Sequence record: ON529857.1
Reading direction: 5' to 3' (one strand)
Length of the DNA: 64,000 nt
The notes below the pieces were generated by a model. That model made no database searches. It saw only the letters and a program-made list of their open reading frames with translations, and had not been told where the DNA came from. Positions 45,830 to 54,353 of the stretch are shown here, piece by piece; position 1 is the first letter of the stretch, and each line of letters starts with the position of its first letter. The position numbers and the translations under genes are program-made.

Positions 45830-45967
45830 GGGCTGTCTCCCGTTGTTGGTCATCCCCTTCTAAGGCGGGGCGGGAGGGGTGTCAACCTCTTTTCTACAGC
45901 TATCTCGCTGTTAAGGTTAACGCAAGCGGTTCGCAAAACGCCCCGGCCGGAGCCGGGGCGCGCGTCT

Positions 45968-46282
45968 TCAGTAAGGCTCGGCGTTCCTGACGAAAATCAC
46001 CGCCGAGGGCGAACCTTCCTCGTCCTCTTCGTCAGAGTCCATCATGTCGATCAGGTCGCGGGTGTCCTTGGCGTTCTGGCGGTGTTGCTCCGCCACCTTG
46101 TCCCAGTTGCGGCTCGGGTCGGCTTCGTGGGCGGCGTCGAACTGGGCGGCGTAATCGTCGTAACGTCCAGCAGCGATCACCAGAGCGTGGCGCATGGTGT
46201 TCCGCTGCTTATCCACGAGGCGGTGGTGGGCGCCCTTGGCGATGATCAGGTCGCCGCGCGAAAAGGTGATGGGGTCTTGCAT
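45968..46282 (-). CDS. hypothetical protein
   Basis: Single-gene cassette. Confidence 0.7.
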   Translation of the reverse strand: MQDPITFSRGDLIIAKGAHHRLVDKQRNTMRHALVIAAGRYDDYAAQFDAAHEADPSRNWDKVAEQHRQNAKDTRDLIDMMDSDEEDEEGSPSAVIFVRNAEPY

Positions 46283-46333
46283 GGGTGTCTCCCGTTGGTG
46301 ATGCCCCCGTTATAGGCCGGGGCTGCGGGAGTG

Positions 46334-46660
46334 TCAACCACTCTTTTGCAGTTTTTCCTGTTCGTTGTAGTAGGTCAGCAGGGCCGCCGCATCCAAGGCG
46401 TTGCGGCGCGCCCCCTCGTCGTAGTTGCGCGACCACGACAGGCTGAACAGTTGGGAAACCAGTTGCTCCAGCGAGCCGTCCGCCGCCGGCGCCAGGCCGC
46501 CCTCATGGGCGCGCAGGACCGCTTCGGCTTCGGCCTGAACCGCTTCGGCGCGGGCCACCGCGTCGCAGTCGCGAGACCAGCCCGCGTCCAGCGTCAGAGT
46601 CGCGGTCACATCGTTCAGCGCCTGCGACAGGGCGCGGATCAGGGGCAGGGCGTCCTGCAT
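46334..46660 (-). CDS. hypothetical protein; stop codon lies in next promoter's TTGACA
   Basis: AGGAGG RBS. Confidence 0.7.
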   Translation of the reverse strand: MQDALPLIRALSQALNDVTATLTLDAGWSRDCDAVARAEAVQAEAEAVLRAHEGGLAPAADGSLEQLVSQLFSLSWSRNYDEGARRNALDAAALLTYYNEQEKLQKSG

Positions 46661-46662
46661 GG

Positions 46663-47022
46663 TCAGTCCTCCTGCCCGACTTCGGCGGCCTCGTTGGGGA
46701 AGGCGGCTTCCAGCGCCGCGACCAGAACCGGGTCACGCCCGCCGCGAATCACCCGCTTGATCGCGGCCGATTCGTCCTCGCTCGGGCCTTCTCCGCCCGT
46801 CATGCCGAAACGCACATTCCACGCATCGGCGATTTCTTGGGCGCCGGCGCGGGTCTCGTCCATGCCGTCCAGGGTGTAGTCGAAGGCCGACTCCAGGTGC
46901 TGGCCCTTGATCCAGAAGGCGGACGCGGCCGCGTCGGTGGTGTCCTCCCAGCCGCCGTCCGGGCCGTTCGGCTCATGGGTCGGCTGGACATAGTAGAAGA
47001 AAAAGGCTTGGCGCGGGATCAT
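46663..47022 (-). CDS. hypothetical acidic protein
   Basis: MIPRQAFFF start behind cassette RBS. Confidence 0.75.
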   Translation of the reverse strand: MIPRQAFFFYYVQPTHEPNGPDGGWEDTTDAAASAFWIKGQHLESAFDYTLDGMDETRAGAQEIADAWNVRFGMTGGEGPSEDESAAIKRVIRGGRDPVLVAALEAAFPNEAAEVGQED

Positions 47023-47227
47023 GGCGGGGCGTCTCCGTGTTGTTGCTCCCCTTCTAGGCCGGGCGCGGTGGTGTGTCAACCTCTTTTCGGTAGTTATTTA
47101 TCCGTTAAGGTTAATGCGAGCCGGACACAAAGAAAACGCCCGGCCGGGGGAGACAGGCCCGGCCGGGCGCTTCAGGCGGAGAGGATGCAGAAGGTGACGA
47201 AATAGAACCAGAGGCGGGCGGGCAAAC

Positions 47228-47602
47228 TCAAGCGGGCGGCCCCATCCGGCTGTCGACCCATTCCGGCCCCCAAGTGAGGATGCGCAGGCGATCCGCCATC
47301 GACTGAACCGCCAGGGCGCGGGCGGCGCGCACGTCGCCCTTCAGGGCGCGCGACGCCAGTTGCAGACAGAGATAGTTGTCGTCGATGAAACGATCCATCT
47401 CGTCCAGCTTCTCGATGCCGACGCTGAGCGCGGTCTGCGCCGTCAGTTCGGCGCCGCCGATGTTGAACACCGCCCAGCCTTCCGTGAGGTTGGTCTCGTT
47501 GTCCTTCTCGATGATAGCGGCGTATTCCTTCAGCATCCCCAGCAGGGCGTTGATGAGGACCACCTTGGGCATGTCGTCGATCTTCTTCATCTCAGTCCTC
47601 AT
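47228..47602 (-). CDS. hypothetical protein
   Basis: EGWAVFN...IEKLDEMDRF.DD motif. Confidence 0.7.
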   Translation of the reverse strand: MRTEMKKIDDMPKVVLINALLGMLKEYAAIIEKDNETNLTEGWAVFNIGGAELTAQTALSVGIEKLDEMDRFIDDNYLCLQLASRALKGDVRAARALAVQSMADRLRILTWGPEWVDSRMGPPA

Positions 47603-47957
47603 ACATGGCGTCGTTGAACAGGTCTTGCGAACCGGGATCGGTGAACTCCAGAATCGTTTCTTCGCGAATCGTCTGGGTCAGCACGGCGCGGCCGTCGTCG
47701 GTGGTGGTCGATTCGCTCTTGTAGGTCCGCAGGATCAGGCGGACATCGTCGAGCGACTTGAAGTCGCCGAAGACCACAGATTCGGGCCGGGCATAGACCA
47801 TCTGCCGGGCCTCGGGGCGGCGCAGCAGGGCGAGGCGCAGAGCCTTGGCCTCGAACGGCGCCAGCGGCTCCAGCATCGTGCGCTGTTGGCGGCTGGCGGA
47901 CTTGAAGCCGCCCCAGGCGTCGCCGACGACTTCAATGATCAGGGTGCCGTGGTTCAT
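47592..47957 (-). CDS. hypothetical protein
   Basis: MNHGTL start, ATGA overlap. Confidence 0.7.
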   Translation of the reverse strand: MNHGTLIIEVVGDAWGGFKSASRQQRTMLEPLAPFEAKALRLALLRRPEARQMVYARPESVVFGDFKSLDDVRLILRTYKSESTTTDDGRAVLTQTIREETILEFTDPGSQDLFNDAMYED

Positions 47958-48151
47958 GACGGCGCCCGATCCAGATTCATCCGCTTCGTGGTCGTGCGGG
48001 TGCGGCCGTCGTCGCAGGCGACGATGAAACGACCGGTGTCGGCGGGGACGCGCTTCAGGCGGCCCAGCCACGTCGGGGCGATGCCGTTGCGGTCGGGGCG
48101 GCCGTAAAGCCGCACCCGGTCGCCGGGGGCGAGGGTGGCGCGGGCGTCCAT
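47954..48151 (-). CDS. small SH3-like hypothetical protein
   Basis: LAPGDRVRL...G....F.VACDDG; TGATG overlap. Confidence 0.6.
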   Translation of the reverse strand: MDARATLAPGDRVRLYGRPDRNGIAPTWLGRLKRVPADTGRFIVACDDGRTRTTTKRMNLDRAPS

Positions 48152-48348
48152 CAGCGAATCGCCTTGGCGCGGATCGACTTTTCGGTGACTTCCTGCATGA
48201 AGTTGGCGGGGTTGGACATCAGATAGTTGCACTGATCGTTCAGCAGGGTCTTGACCTCGCGGCGCGCCTGCGCCCGGTTCATCCAGGCCGGCACCGTGAC
48301 CTTGACGGTGAATTCCAGTTCCTTGCGGCGTTTGATCGTCTTGGGCAT
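48151..48348 (-). CDS. small basic hypothetical protein
   Basis: Cassette RBS. Confidence 0.75.
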   Translation of the reverse strand: MPKTIKRRKELEFTVKVTVPAWMNRAQARREVKTLLNDQCNYLMSNPANFMQEVTEKSIRAKAIR

Positions 48349-48390
48349 GGGGTGTCTCCCGTTGTTTGATGGCTCAGGTGTAGCCCGGCG

Positions 48391-48729
48391 TCAGGCCGGT
48401 GTCAACTCCTCTTTTATACTATTTTTCGCCGCCTCGGCCAGGGCGGTGAAGCCCGCCTCCTTCAACGTCGCATAGAGGTGTCCGTGCAGATAGCGCAGGG
48501 TCGAGCGGCCGCGCATGATCGTGCGCACCACGCCCAGGGGTTCGCCCTTGCGGTTGCGGACGGTGATGATGATGGTGGTCTTTTCCGACCCATAGGGCGA
48601 CGGCAGTTCAGGGCCTTCCACCTGATACAGCACCTCGGCGCTCTGGCGCGGGGTCGTCAGGGTCAGGGTCTGGATGGCGCCCTTGATCAGGGTGTCGCCG
48701 TAAAGAAAGGTCATGCGGGCGCGAGCCAT
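48391..48729 (-). CDS. hypothetical protein; C-terminus read through next promoter
   Basis: Ends KNSIKEELTPA encoded by A-tract and TTGACA. Confidence 0.7.
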   Translation of the reverse strand: MARARMTFLYGDTLIKGAIQTLTLTTPRQSAEVLYQVEGPELPSPYGSEKTTIIITVRNRKGEPLGVVRTIMRGRSTLRYLHGHLYATLKEAGFTALAEAAKNSIKEELTPA

Positions 48730-48883
48730 GGGGTGTCTCCTCTGTTCGCCCTCCTTCTAGGCCGGGCGCGGCCGGGTGTCAACCCCTTTTCCGTAGTTAT
48801 GGGTTTGTTAAGGTTAACGCGAACCGCTCGCGAAAAATGCGCCCGGCCGGGGGAGACAAGCCCGGCCGGGCGCGGTCGGCGCC

Positions 48884-49237
48884 TCAGGCGTTGAGGTCGC
48901 CGTATTCGGTCCCGCATTGCAGGATTTCGCCCGTCTCGTCGCTGAAATGGATTTGATTCAGCCGCAGGAAGGCGCCGGTGCGGGCGTGGGGCCATTCGAC
49001 CTGACAGGTGAGCATATCGTCGAAGATCACCTTAGGCTCGCCGTATTGCGACCAGTCGATGCCGCCGCGCGCGTCAATCTCGCCCTTGGCGTCGGAGACG
49101 ATGCGATCCAGCACCGACCGGGCGATCCGGCCCGGCGCGCTCTTGATCCCATAGGCGCCGCGCCCGTTGTTGGCGAAGCTGTTCCAGTTGCTTTCGTCTT
49201 GAGTGTAGTTCTCGACGTCGATCTGTTCGTCCGTCAT
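48884..49237 (-). CDS. hypothetical protein
   Basis: 117 aa second gene of cassette. Confidence 0.7.
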   Translation of the reverse strand: MTDEQIDVENYTQDESNWNSFANNGRGAYGIKSAPGRIARSVLDRIVSDAKGEIDARGGIDWSQYGEPKVIFDDMLTCQVEWPHARTGAFLRLNQIHFSDETGEILQCGTEYGDLNA

Positions 49238-49241
49238 CGCC

Positions 49242-49625
49242 TCACTCCTTGTTGATGATCAGATAGCCCGGCACGTCGTCGCGGGCTTGCGGGCGCACCA
49301 CGAAGAGATAGAACCGGCCGTTGTGGGTGCGATTCTTGGCCTCGGCGGCGTCGCGGGTCGGATAGACCGACAGGCCCAGGGCGGGCAACCAGTCGCCGAC
49401 CCACGGCTCGTCGTTGAGCGTCAGCAGATACTGCTGCGGCAGGTCGTCCTCGTCGCGCTCGTCTTCGCTCTCGTCCAGATGCTCGACCTCCCACCAGCCG
49501 GCGCCGTGGGCGTCGCCCGAGGTGTAGCCCTCGCGAACCTGCCCGGCGATCATGTCCAGCACGTCCGCCAGATGATCGGCGGTCAGGGAGGCGCGGGGGC
49601 GGAAGGTGAAAACCGTGTTCTTCAT
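49242..49625 (-). CDS. hypothetical acidic protein
   Basis: L..IAGQVREGYTSG....GWW motif. Confidence 0.75.
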   Translation of the reverse strand: MKNTVFTFRPRASLTADHLADVLDMIAGQVREGYTSGDAHGAGWWEVEHLDESEDERDEDDLPQQYLLTLNDEPWVGDWLPALGLSVYPTRDAAEAKNRTHNGRFYLFVVRPQARDDVPGYLIINKE

Positions 49626-49784
49626 GTCGGGTGTCTCCGTTGTTCTGTCTCCCTTCTAGCCGGGGCGATTTCAAGTGTCAACCGCTTTTGTGTAGATAAT
49701 GCCGGAGAGACGTTAACCTTAACACCGCATTAAGGTTAATGCGAACGGGGCGCAGAAAGGCGGTCCGTCAGGACCGCCCTCGCG

Positions 49785-50357
49785 TCAGGCCAGATAGACC
49801 TTGCCGTCGTCGCCGATATAGACCCCGACCGTCCCGAAAGCCTCGGCGGCGGATTGCAGGGCCGTGCCGTGCGGCGAGGGCCAGCCGCCGTCGAAGAAAC
49901 CGGCGCCATGCCCGTTGCGGCTGCGCCAGAAGTCATGCCCCGCCTTGGGGCTGTCGATGTCGGGAAAGGCCAGCGTCGCCGTCTCGGGCATGGCCTCGGC
50001 GTAGGCGTCGAAGTCGCGCGTTCCCCGGAACAGGTCGCAGTCGGCGATGATGCGCGCCAGCGTCTCCGGCGCCAGGTCGGTGAAGCGGGCGGCGCGGAAG
50101 GACGGCGCGTCGGCGGGCTTGTCGTCGCACCACCATTCGGACTCGTTCAGGTCCGTGAGCATCCAGTCCCAGGCGCCGTCGCTGCGCGTCTGCGGGGCGA
50201 GACTCCAGCCTTGAAACAGGGCGATGATGTAGCCTTGGGTGAAGGCGTCAAGGTCGCGATCCCACAGATAGACGTTTGACGCCTTCGGCGCCCAGGAAAC
50301 GGGCGGATCAAGCGGGATGCAAACCTCTCCGGTGGTGTCGAGTATGAGTTCCGGCAT
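49785..50357 (-). CDS. hypothetical protein with GHDFWRSRNGHGAGFFDG domain (paralogue of 36262..36882)
   Basis: MPELIL start behind GGAGAC RBS. Confidence 0.8.
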   Translation of the reverse strand: MPELILDTTGEVCIPLDPPVSWAPKASNVYLWDRDLDAFTQGYIIALFQGWSLAPQTRSDGAWDWMLTDLNESEWWCDDKPADAPSFRAARFTDLAPETLARIIADCDLFRGTRDFDAYAEAMPETATLAFPDIDSPKAGHDFWRSRNGHGAGFFDGGWPSPHGTALQSAAEAFGTVGVYIGDDGKVYLA

Positions 50358-50367
50358 GGGGCGTCTC

Positions 50368-50571
50368 CTACAGGGCCAGGGCGGCGTCGAAGGCCGCCGA
50401 TTGCAGTTTCTTGGCGGCTTCGGCTTCGCGGGGGTGCCGCTGCGCCAGACCGTCAAAGCGTTCTTTCTGGTGCGACCGCTCGCCGTCAGCGGTGGTCATG
50501 TTCATCACCTCGCCCCACAGGTGGGCCATTTCGAGGATTAGGACGGAACGGCGGGAAGCGTTCATATACAT
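50368..50571 (-). CDS. small hypothetical protein
   Basis: Cassette RBS. Confidence 0.7.
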   Translation of the reverse strand: MYMNASRRSVLILEMAHLWGEVMNMTTADGERSHQKERFDGLAQRHPREAEAAKKLQSAAFDAALAL

Positions 50572-50642
50572 CGGGTGTCTCCGGTTGCGGTGGTTCTGTA
50601 GTAGCCCGCCGCAACCGGAGTGTCAACCGTTCTTTTTCAGAA

Positions 50643-51119
50643 TCAGCACCGCCGCAACATTTCGCGCGTCAAGGCTTCTTCCTGGCGGGCGATGTCAATC
50701 GCGGCGCGCTCATTCGCCTTGGCGTGGGCGCTGGCGGCCTGTTCCTGACAGATGGCCTGACGCCGGCGAATCTCATTGGTCGAAAGGGTGCGGAACAGGA
50801 CGTCGGCGTCCTGATCGACCTTGACGGTCCAGTGCTGCGCGGATTCATCGTCCGACCGCAGGTGCGGTGGGAAATAGATGTCCGCCACGTCCTGTTGAAA
50901 GAAGGTGCCGTCGCCGCGCATCTTGCGTTCCAGGTCCGCCACCTCGGCGGGCGCGATCTCGTCGATTGAGAAGGTCACGCTTTCGCCCAGGCCGTCGCCC
51001 TCGTCGATGAAATGGCCGATCTGCCCCAGCGACATACGCTCGACGGCGTGAACGTCTTCGGGCGTATGGGCCGTGTGCAGAACCGTCACGGTGATGACGG
51101 TGCGGATGATCTGAGGCAT
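50643..51119 (-). CDS. hypothetical protein
   Basis: Cassette RBS; SLGQIGHFIDEGD. Confidence 0.75.
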   Translation of the reverse strand: MPQIIRTVITVTVLHTAHTPEDVHAVERMSLGQIGHFIDEGDGLGESVTFSIDEIAPAEVADLERKMRGDGTFFQQDVADIYFPPHLRSDDESAQHWTVKVDQDADVLFRTLSTNEIRRRQAICQEQAASAHAKANERAAIDIARQEEALTREMLRRC

Positions 51120-51271
51120 GGGGGTGTCTCCCGTTGTTGTTCGCCGCCTGTGTAAGGCGGTCGAAAAGGAGTGTCAACCTCTTTTTCACAGAAAGTCGTC
51201 AACCTTAATGCGGTGTTAAGGTTAACGCGAACCGACCGCACAAAAGAAAACCCGGCCGAAGCCGGGTTCCC

Positions 51272-51604
51272 TCAGAAAGGTATGTCGGAGTCCAGCGCGG
51301 GCGCCGGCTCGACGGGGGCGGGCGGGGCGTTCAGGGCGGCGATGTAGGCCGCCTGCTCCGCCTCGCTCATGTCCCAGAAGGAATCATCTTCCGGGTGCGG
51401 GCCGCGCGGTCCCCGATAATGGGGGTTGCGCTCCCAGGTGTCGAACGGCGACAGCACATATTCGCTGTCCGGGTCGAGGCTTCCATAGGCCGAGACATAT
51501 TGAAACACCGCCTCGTTCATGTATTCCGCCTGTCCCATCGCCTCCTGCGCCAGGGCGTCCGCCTTTTCGCGTTCGTAGGCGTCGACTCGTTCCAGGTAGT
51601 CCAT
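51272..51604 (-). CDS. hypothetical acidic protein
   Basis: YVLSPFDTWERNPHYRGPRGPHPE motif. Confidence 0.75.
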   Translation of the reverse strand: MDYLERVDAYEREKADALAQEAMGQAEYMNEAVFQYVSAYGSLDPDSEYVLSPFDTWERNPHYRGPRGPHPEDDSFWDMSEAEQAAYIAALNAPPAPVEPAPALDSDIPF

Positions 51605-51624
51605 GTTCAGTTCTCCGGTTGAAG

Positions 51625-51633
51625 CTACTTCAT
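51625..51633 (-). other. two-codon minigene ATG AAG TAG behind AAGGAG RBS
   Basis: RBS 7 nt upstream; first element after cassette promoter 51699. Confidence 0.5.
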
Positions 51634-51800
51634 GGCGGTTCTCCTTGGGTTGGGGTTGCTCTCGTCTTGAGGCCCCACCATAGCAGGGCGGTTCAGGGTG
51701 TCAACACCTTTTTCGCAGAAAAATCGACGAGGCGGTTCTGTTAAGGTTAATGCGACCGGTGCGCAGATAGACCCCGGCTTAGGCCGGGGTCGTGTGCGCG

Positions 51801-52157
51801 TCAGCCGCCGAGGCGCTGGATGATTTCGTCATTCGACATCGTGTCCATCAGTTCCTCGACGCGGCGGGCCTTTTCAGCCTCGACCTTCTGGGCCGCCTCC
51901 TGCGCGCGGCGATATTCGGCCATCGCCGCCTTGCCCGCCTCGGTCGTCTCGGGATCGACGGTCATGTAAAGCGTGACCTCGCGGCCCTGGCGATCCACGA
52001 AGACCGGGCGCCCGGACGGCGTCATCGTCACGGTGAAATGGTGCTTGACCAGCCGATTGGCGGTCTCCATCCCGAAGTCGCCGCCGAAGCAGCCGCCGGC
52101 CGCCTTGACGGTGTGGTTTTTACGCAGACGGGTGTGATAGCCGATATTCTTGTGCAT
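51801..52157 (-). CDS. hypothetical protein
   Basis: Single-gene cassette. Confidence 0.75.
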   Translation of the reverse strand: MHKNIGYHTRLRKNHTVKAAGGCFGGDFGMETANRLVKHHFTVTMTPSGRPVFVDRQGREVTLYMTVDPETTEAGKAAMAEYRRAQEAAQKVEAEKARRVEELMDTMSNDEIIQRLGG

Positions 52158-52320
52158 GGGGTGTCTCCTCCCTTGATCTGTCCCAGGGTATAGCCGGGGC
52201 GGTTCTAGGTGTCAACCGCTTTTTCATAGAAAATGCCGGGGATGCGTTAAGGTTAACGCGAACCGCTCGCGAAAAATGCGCCCGGCCGGGGGAGACAAGC
52301 CCGGCCGGGCGCGGTTTGGT

Positions 52321-52947
52321 TCAGACGGCGACGTGCTTGCCGGTCTCGTCGAACCAATAGCCGTTGATCTGCAAGGTCTCGTTGACCGCCTCGTCGGAGG
52401 TTTCGGCCTCGTAAGCCTCGCGAAGCTGTTCCCAAATCCAGTCCATGTATCGGCGCAGGACGTCCGCCAGGGCGCGCTCCGTCTCGGGCGTCACGTCGCC
52501 GTCTTCGCCGAGGGTGACATGAATGTCCACGGACCCCGAATGGGTGTAGCGGTCGCGGTGGCTGATCTCCGCGCGCAGGGCGAAGGCGTTGTCCTGTTGC
52601 AGGGTGAACAGGTCGGCGGCGATTTGAAGCAGCTTCGCATCTTGCGGGGCCTCTTCCTTGAGCGCCGCGAGGGCGCCGGCCTTGAAGACGTAGCCGCCGG
52701 TGAAACAGGCGCCGTCGCCTTGGGTGTAGAAGCCGCTCCACAGGATGCGCGGGCTTCCGTTCCGTTCGGTGTCGATGGTGATTCCCATCAGGGCGGCGAA
52801 GTCGTCCGCCTCCTCCAGCACCGTGTCGGCGTAGTTGGTGTCCCCCGCCATCACCACGTCGGTGAACCACTGGCGGGCGGCCGCCTTGGCCTTCTCGGTC
52901 GGCAATTCGTCGATCTGATAGAGGGTGCGGGTCTGGGTCATGGGCAT
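52321..52947 (-). CDS. protein of the family often annotated 'antitoxin of toxin-antitoxin stability system' on plasmids/phages
   Basis: YQIDEL..EKAKAAARQW, WSGFYTQGDGACF, L..EY.Y..SDEAV.E....NGY.F.E.G motifs. Confidence 0.7.
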   Translation of the reverse strand: MPMTQTRTLYQIDELPTEKAKAAARQWFTDVVMAGDTNYADTVLEEADDFAALMGITIDTERNGSPRILWSGFYTQGDGACFTGGYVFKAGALAALKEEAPQDAKLLQIAADLFTLQQDNAFALRAEISHRDRYTHSGSVDIHVTLGEDGDVTPETERALADVLRRYMDWIWEQLREAYEAETSDEAVNETLQINGYWFDETGKHVAV

Positions 52948-53114
52948 GGCGGGTGTCTCCGTTGTTCTGCTTCCCTTCTAGCCGGGGCGGTCTCAGGTGT
53001 CAACCACTTTTTCACAGAAAATAGCAGGGCGGCGGCCATTAACCTTAATGGGGTGTTAAGGTTAATGCGAGCGGGTCGCAGAACGCCCCGGCTTCGGCCG
53101 GGGCGCATCGCGGG

Positions 53115-53645
53115 TCATCCCTCCCCGAAGTAGAAGGCGCCCAGCCACGTCCGAATCGCCTCGTCCTCTTCATAGGAGGTCGGGTAATCCGTCCACGGCG
53201 TCCCCCAGTCCTGATATTGCAGGCGGGCGTTCGACGGGTCGCCCCACGTCCCCAGCTCGCCGCGCAGGCGCAGCGCCGGGCCGCCGGTGCTCAGCAGGAT
53301 TTGAAACTCTTCGGCGCCGTCGCGGTCCTCGGGATCGCGCGGGCCGGGGTCGCGCCAGCCGTCGCGCACCTGAACCGACAGGACCGATTCGATGATCTCC
53401 TGACGCACGGCGTCCTTGTCCACCTCCTCGCCTTCGACCGGCTCGACGCTGTAGTCGTCCAGCCCCGCCGCCTCGGCGGCTTCCTCGGCCGCCTCTTCGG
53501 TCTCATAGGTGGCGCTCTCGTAGCCGTCCGCCTCGATCGTGTAGCCGATCGGCTCGGGCGTGTCGTCGGCGGCGTTCAGCTTGGCGGCCTGCTCCACGAT
53601 GGTGGAAAGCCAGGCGGCGGCGTTGCCTTTAGCGTGTTCGCTCAT
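53115..53645 (-). CDS. hypothetical acidic phage protein
   Basis: ILLSTGGPA.R..G.L....A.LQYQDWGTPW motif. Confidence 0.8.
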   Translation of the reverse strand: MSEHAKGNAAAWLSTIVEQAAKLNAADDTPEPIGYTIEADGYESATYETEEAAEEAAEAAGLDDYSVEPVEGEEVDKDAVRQEIIESVLSVQVRDGWRDPGPRDPEDRDGAEEFQILLSTGGPALRLRGELGTWGDPSNARLQYQDWGTPWTDYPTSYEEDEAIRTWLGAFYFGEG

Positions 53646-53806
53646 GTCGGTGTGTCTCCGTTGTTGGTGACACCCTTTTAGCCGGAGCGATTCAGGGTGT
53701 CAACACATCTTTTTCAGAAAATACAGAAGGAGGTGTTAACCTTAATACGGCGTTAAGGTTAACGCGAACGGATCGCAGAACGCCCCGGCGTCGTCCGGGG
53801 CGAGGA

Positions 53807-54019
53807 TCAGCCCTTGAACCAGGACTCAGGCGCAGACCCGATCCAATGCGGGCGACCATTCGTCAGGGTGCGGCGAATGTGGCGCGAGGGCAGGGCGTCG
53901 TCGCGAATGACGACTTCATGCGCCTGCTGGCGCGCCCATGCCTTCGCCTTGGCGAGGGCGGTGAAAGAGCGGCGCGCCACGATCTCGCGGAGGGTCAGGG
54001 CGGTGGCGGTGTAGGCCAT
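53807..54019 (-). CDS. small hypothetical protein
   Basis: AAAGGA RBS. Confidence 0.65.
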   Translation of the reverse strand: MAYTATALTLREIVARRSFTALAKAKAWARQQAHEVVIRDDALPSRHIRRTLTNGRPHWIGSAPESWFKG

Positions 54020-54034
54020 GATTCGTCCTTTCGT

Positions 54035-54280
54035 TCAGTTCTGGCGCAGGCCGGGGAAGGCCGGATTCTGGTCGCACCACGCCTGCGCCTCCGCCTCGGT
54101 GGTGAAGGGCATACGGCAAAGGCCGGTGGTGCCGTCGGGGTGTTCGACCGTCCAGCCCGCCGGCTCGCGGGTCCAGTTCGGCTTGTCGGCCTCGCTCGAC
54201 CAGGGGGCGGCGCCTCGGACGGAGGCGGTGCGGCCGGTCACGGCGTGGCGCCAGACGTGGTGCGGGATGGGGCGGCTCAT
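54035..54280 (-). CDS. small Trp-rich hypothetical protein
   Basis: Cassette RBS. Confidence 0.75.
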   Translation of the reverse strand: MSRPIPHHVWRHAVTGRTASVRGAAPWSSEADKPNWTREPAGWTVEHPDGTTGLCRMPFTTEAEAQAWCDQNPAFPGLRQN

Positions 54281-54353
54281 GGGGCGTCTCCGTTGTTGGT
54301 GACACCCTTCTAGCCGGACGCCAGAAGGGTGTCAACCTCTTTTTATCAGAAAA

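Noticed and set aside
47172-47231. 19-codon hydrophobic ORF (LSLPARLWFYFVTFCILSA)
   Set aside because: TTG start without RBS; too little support.
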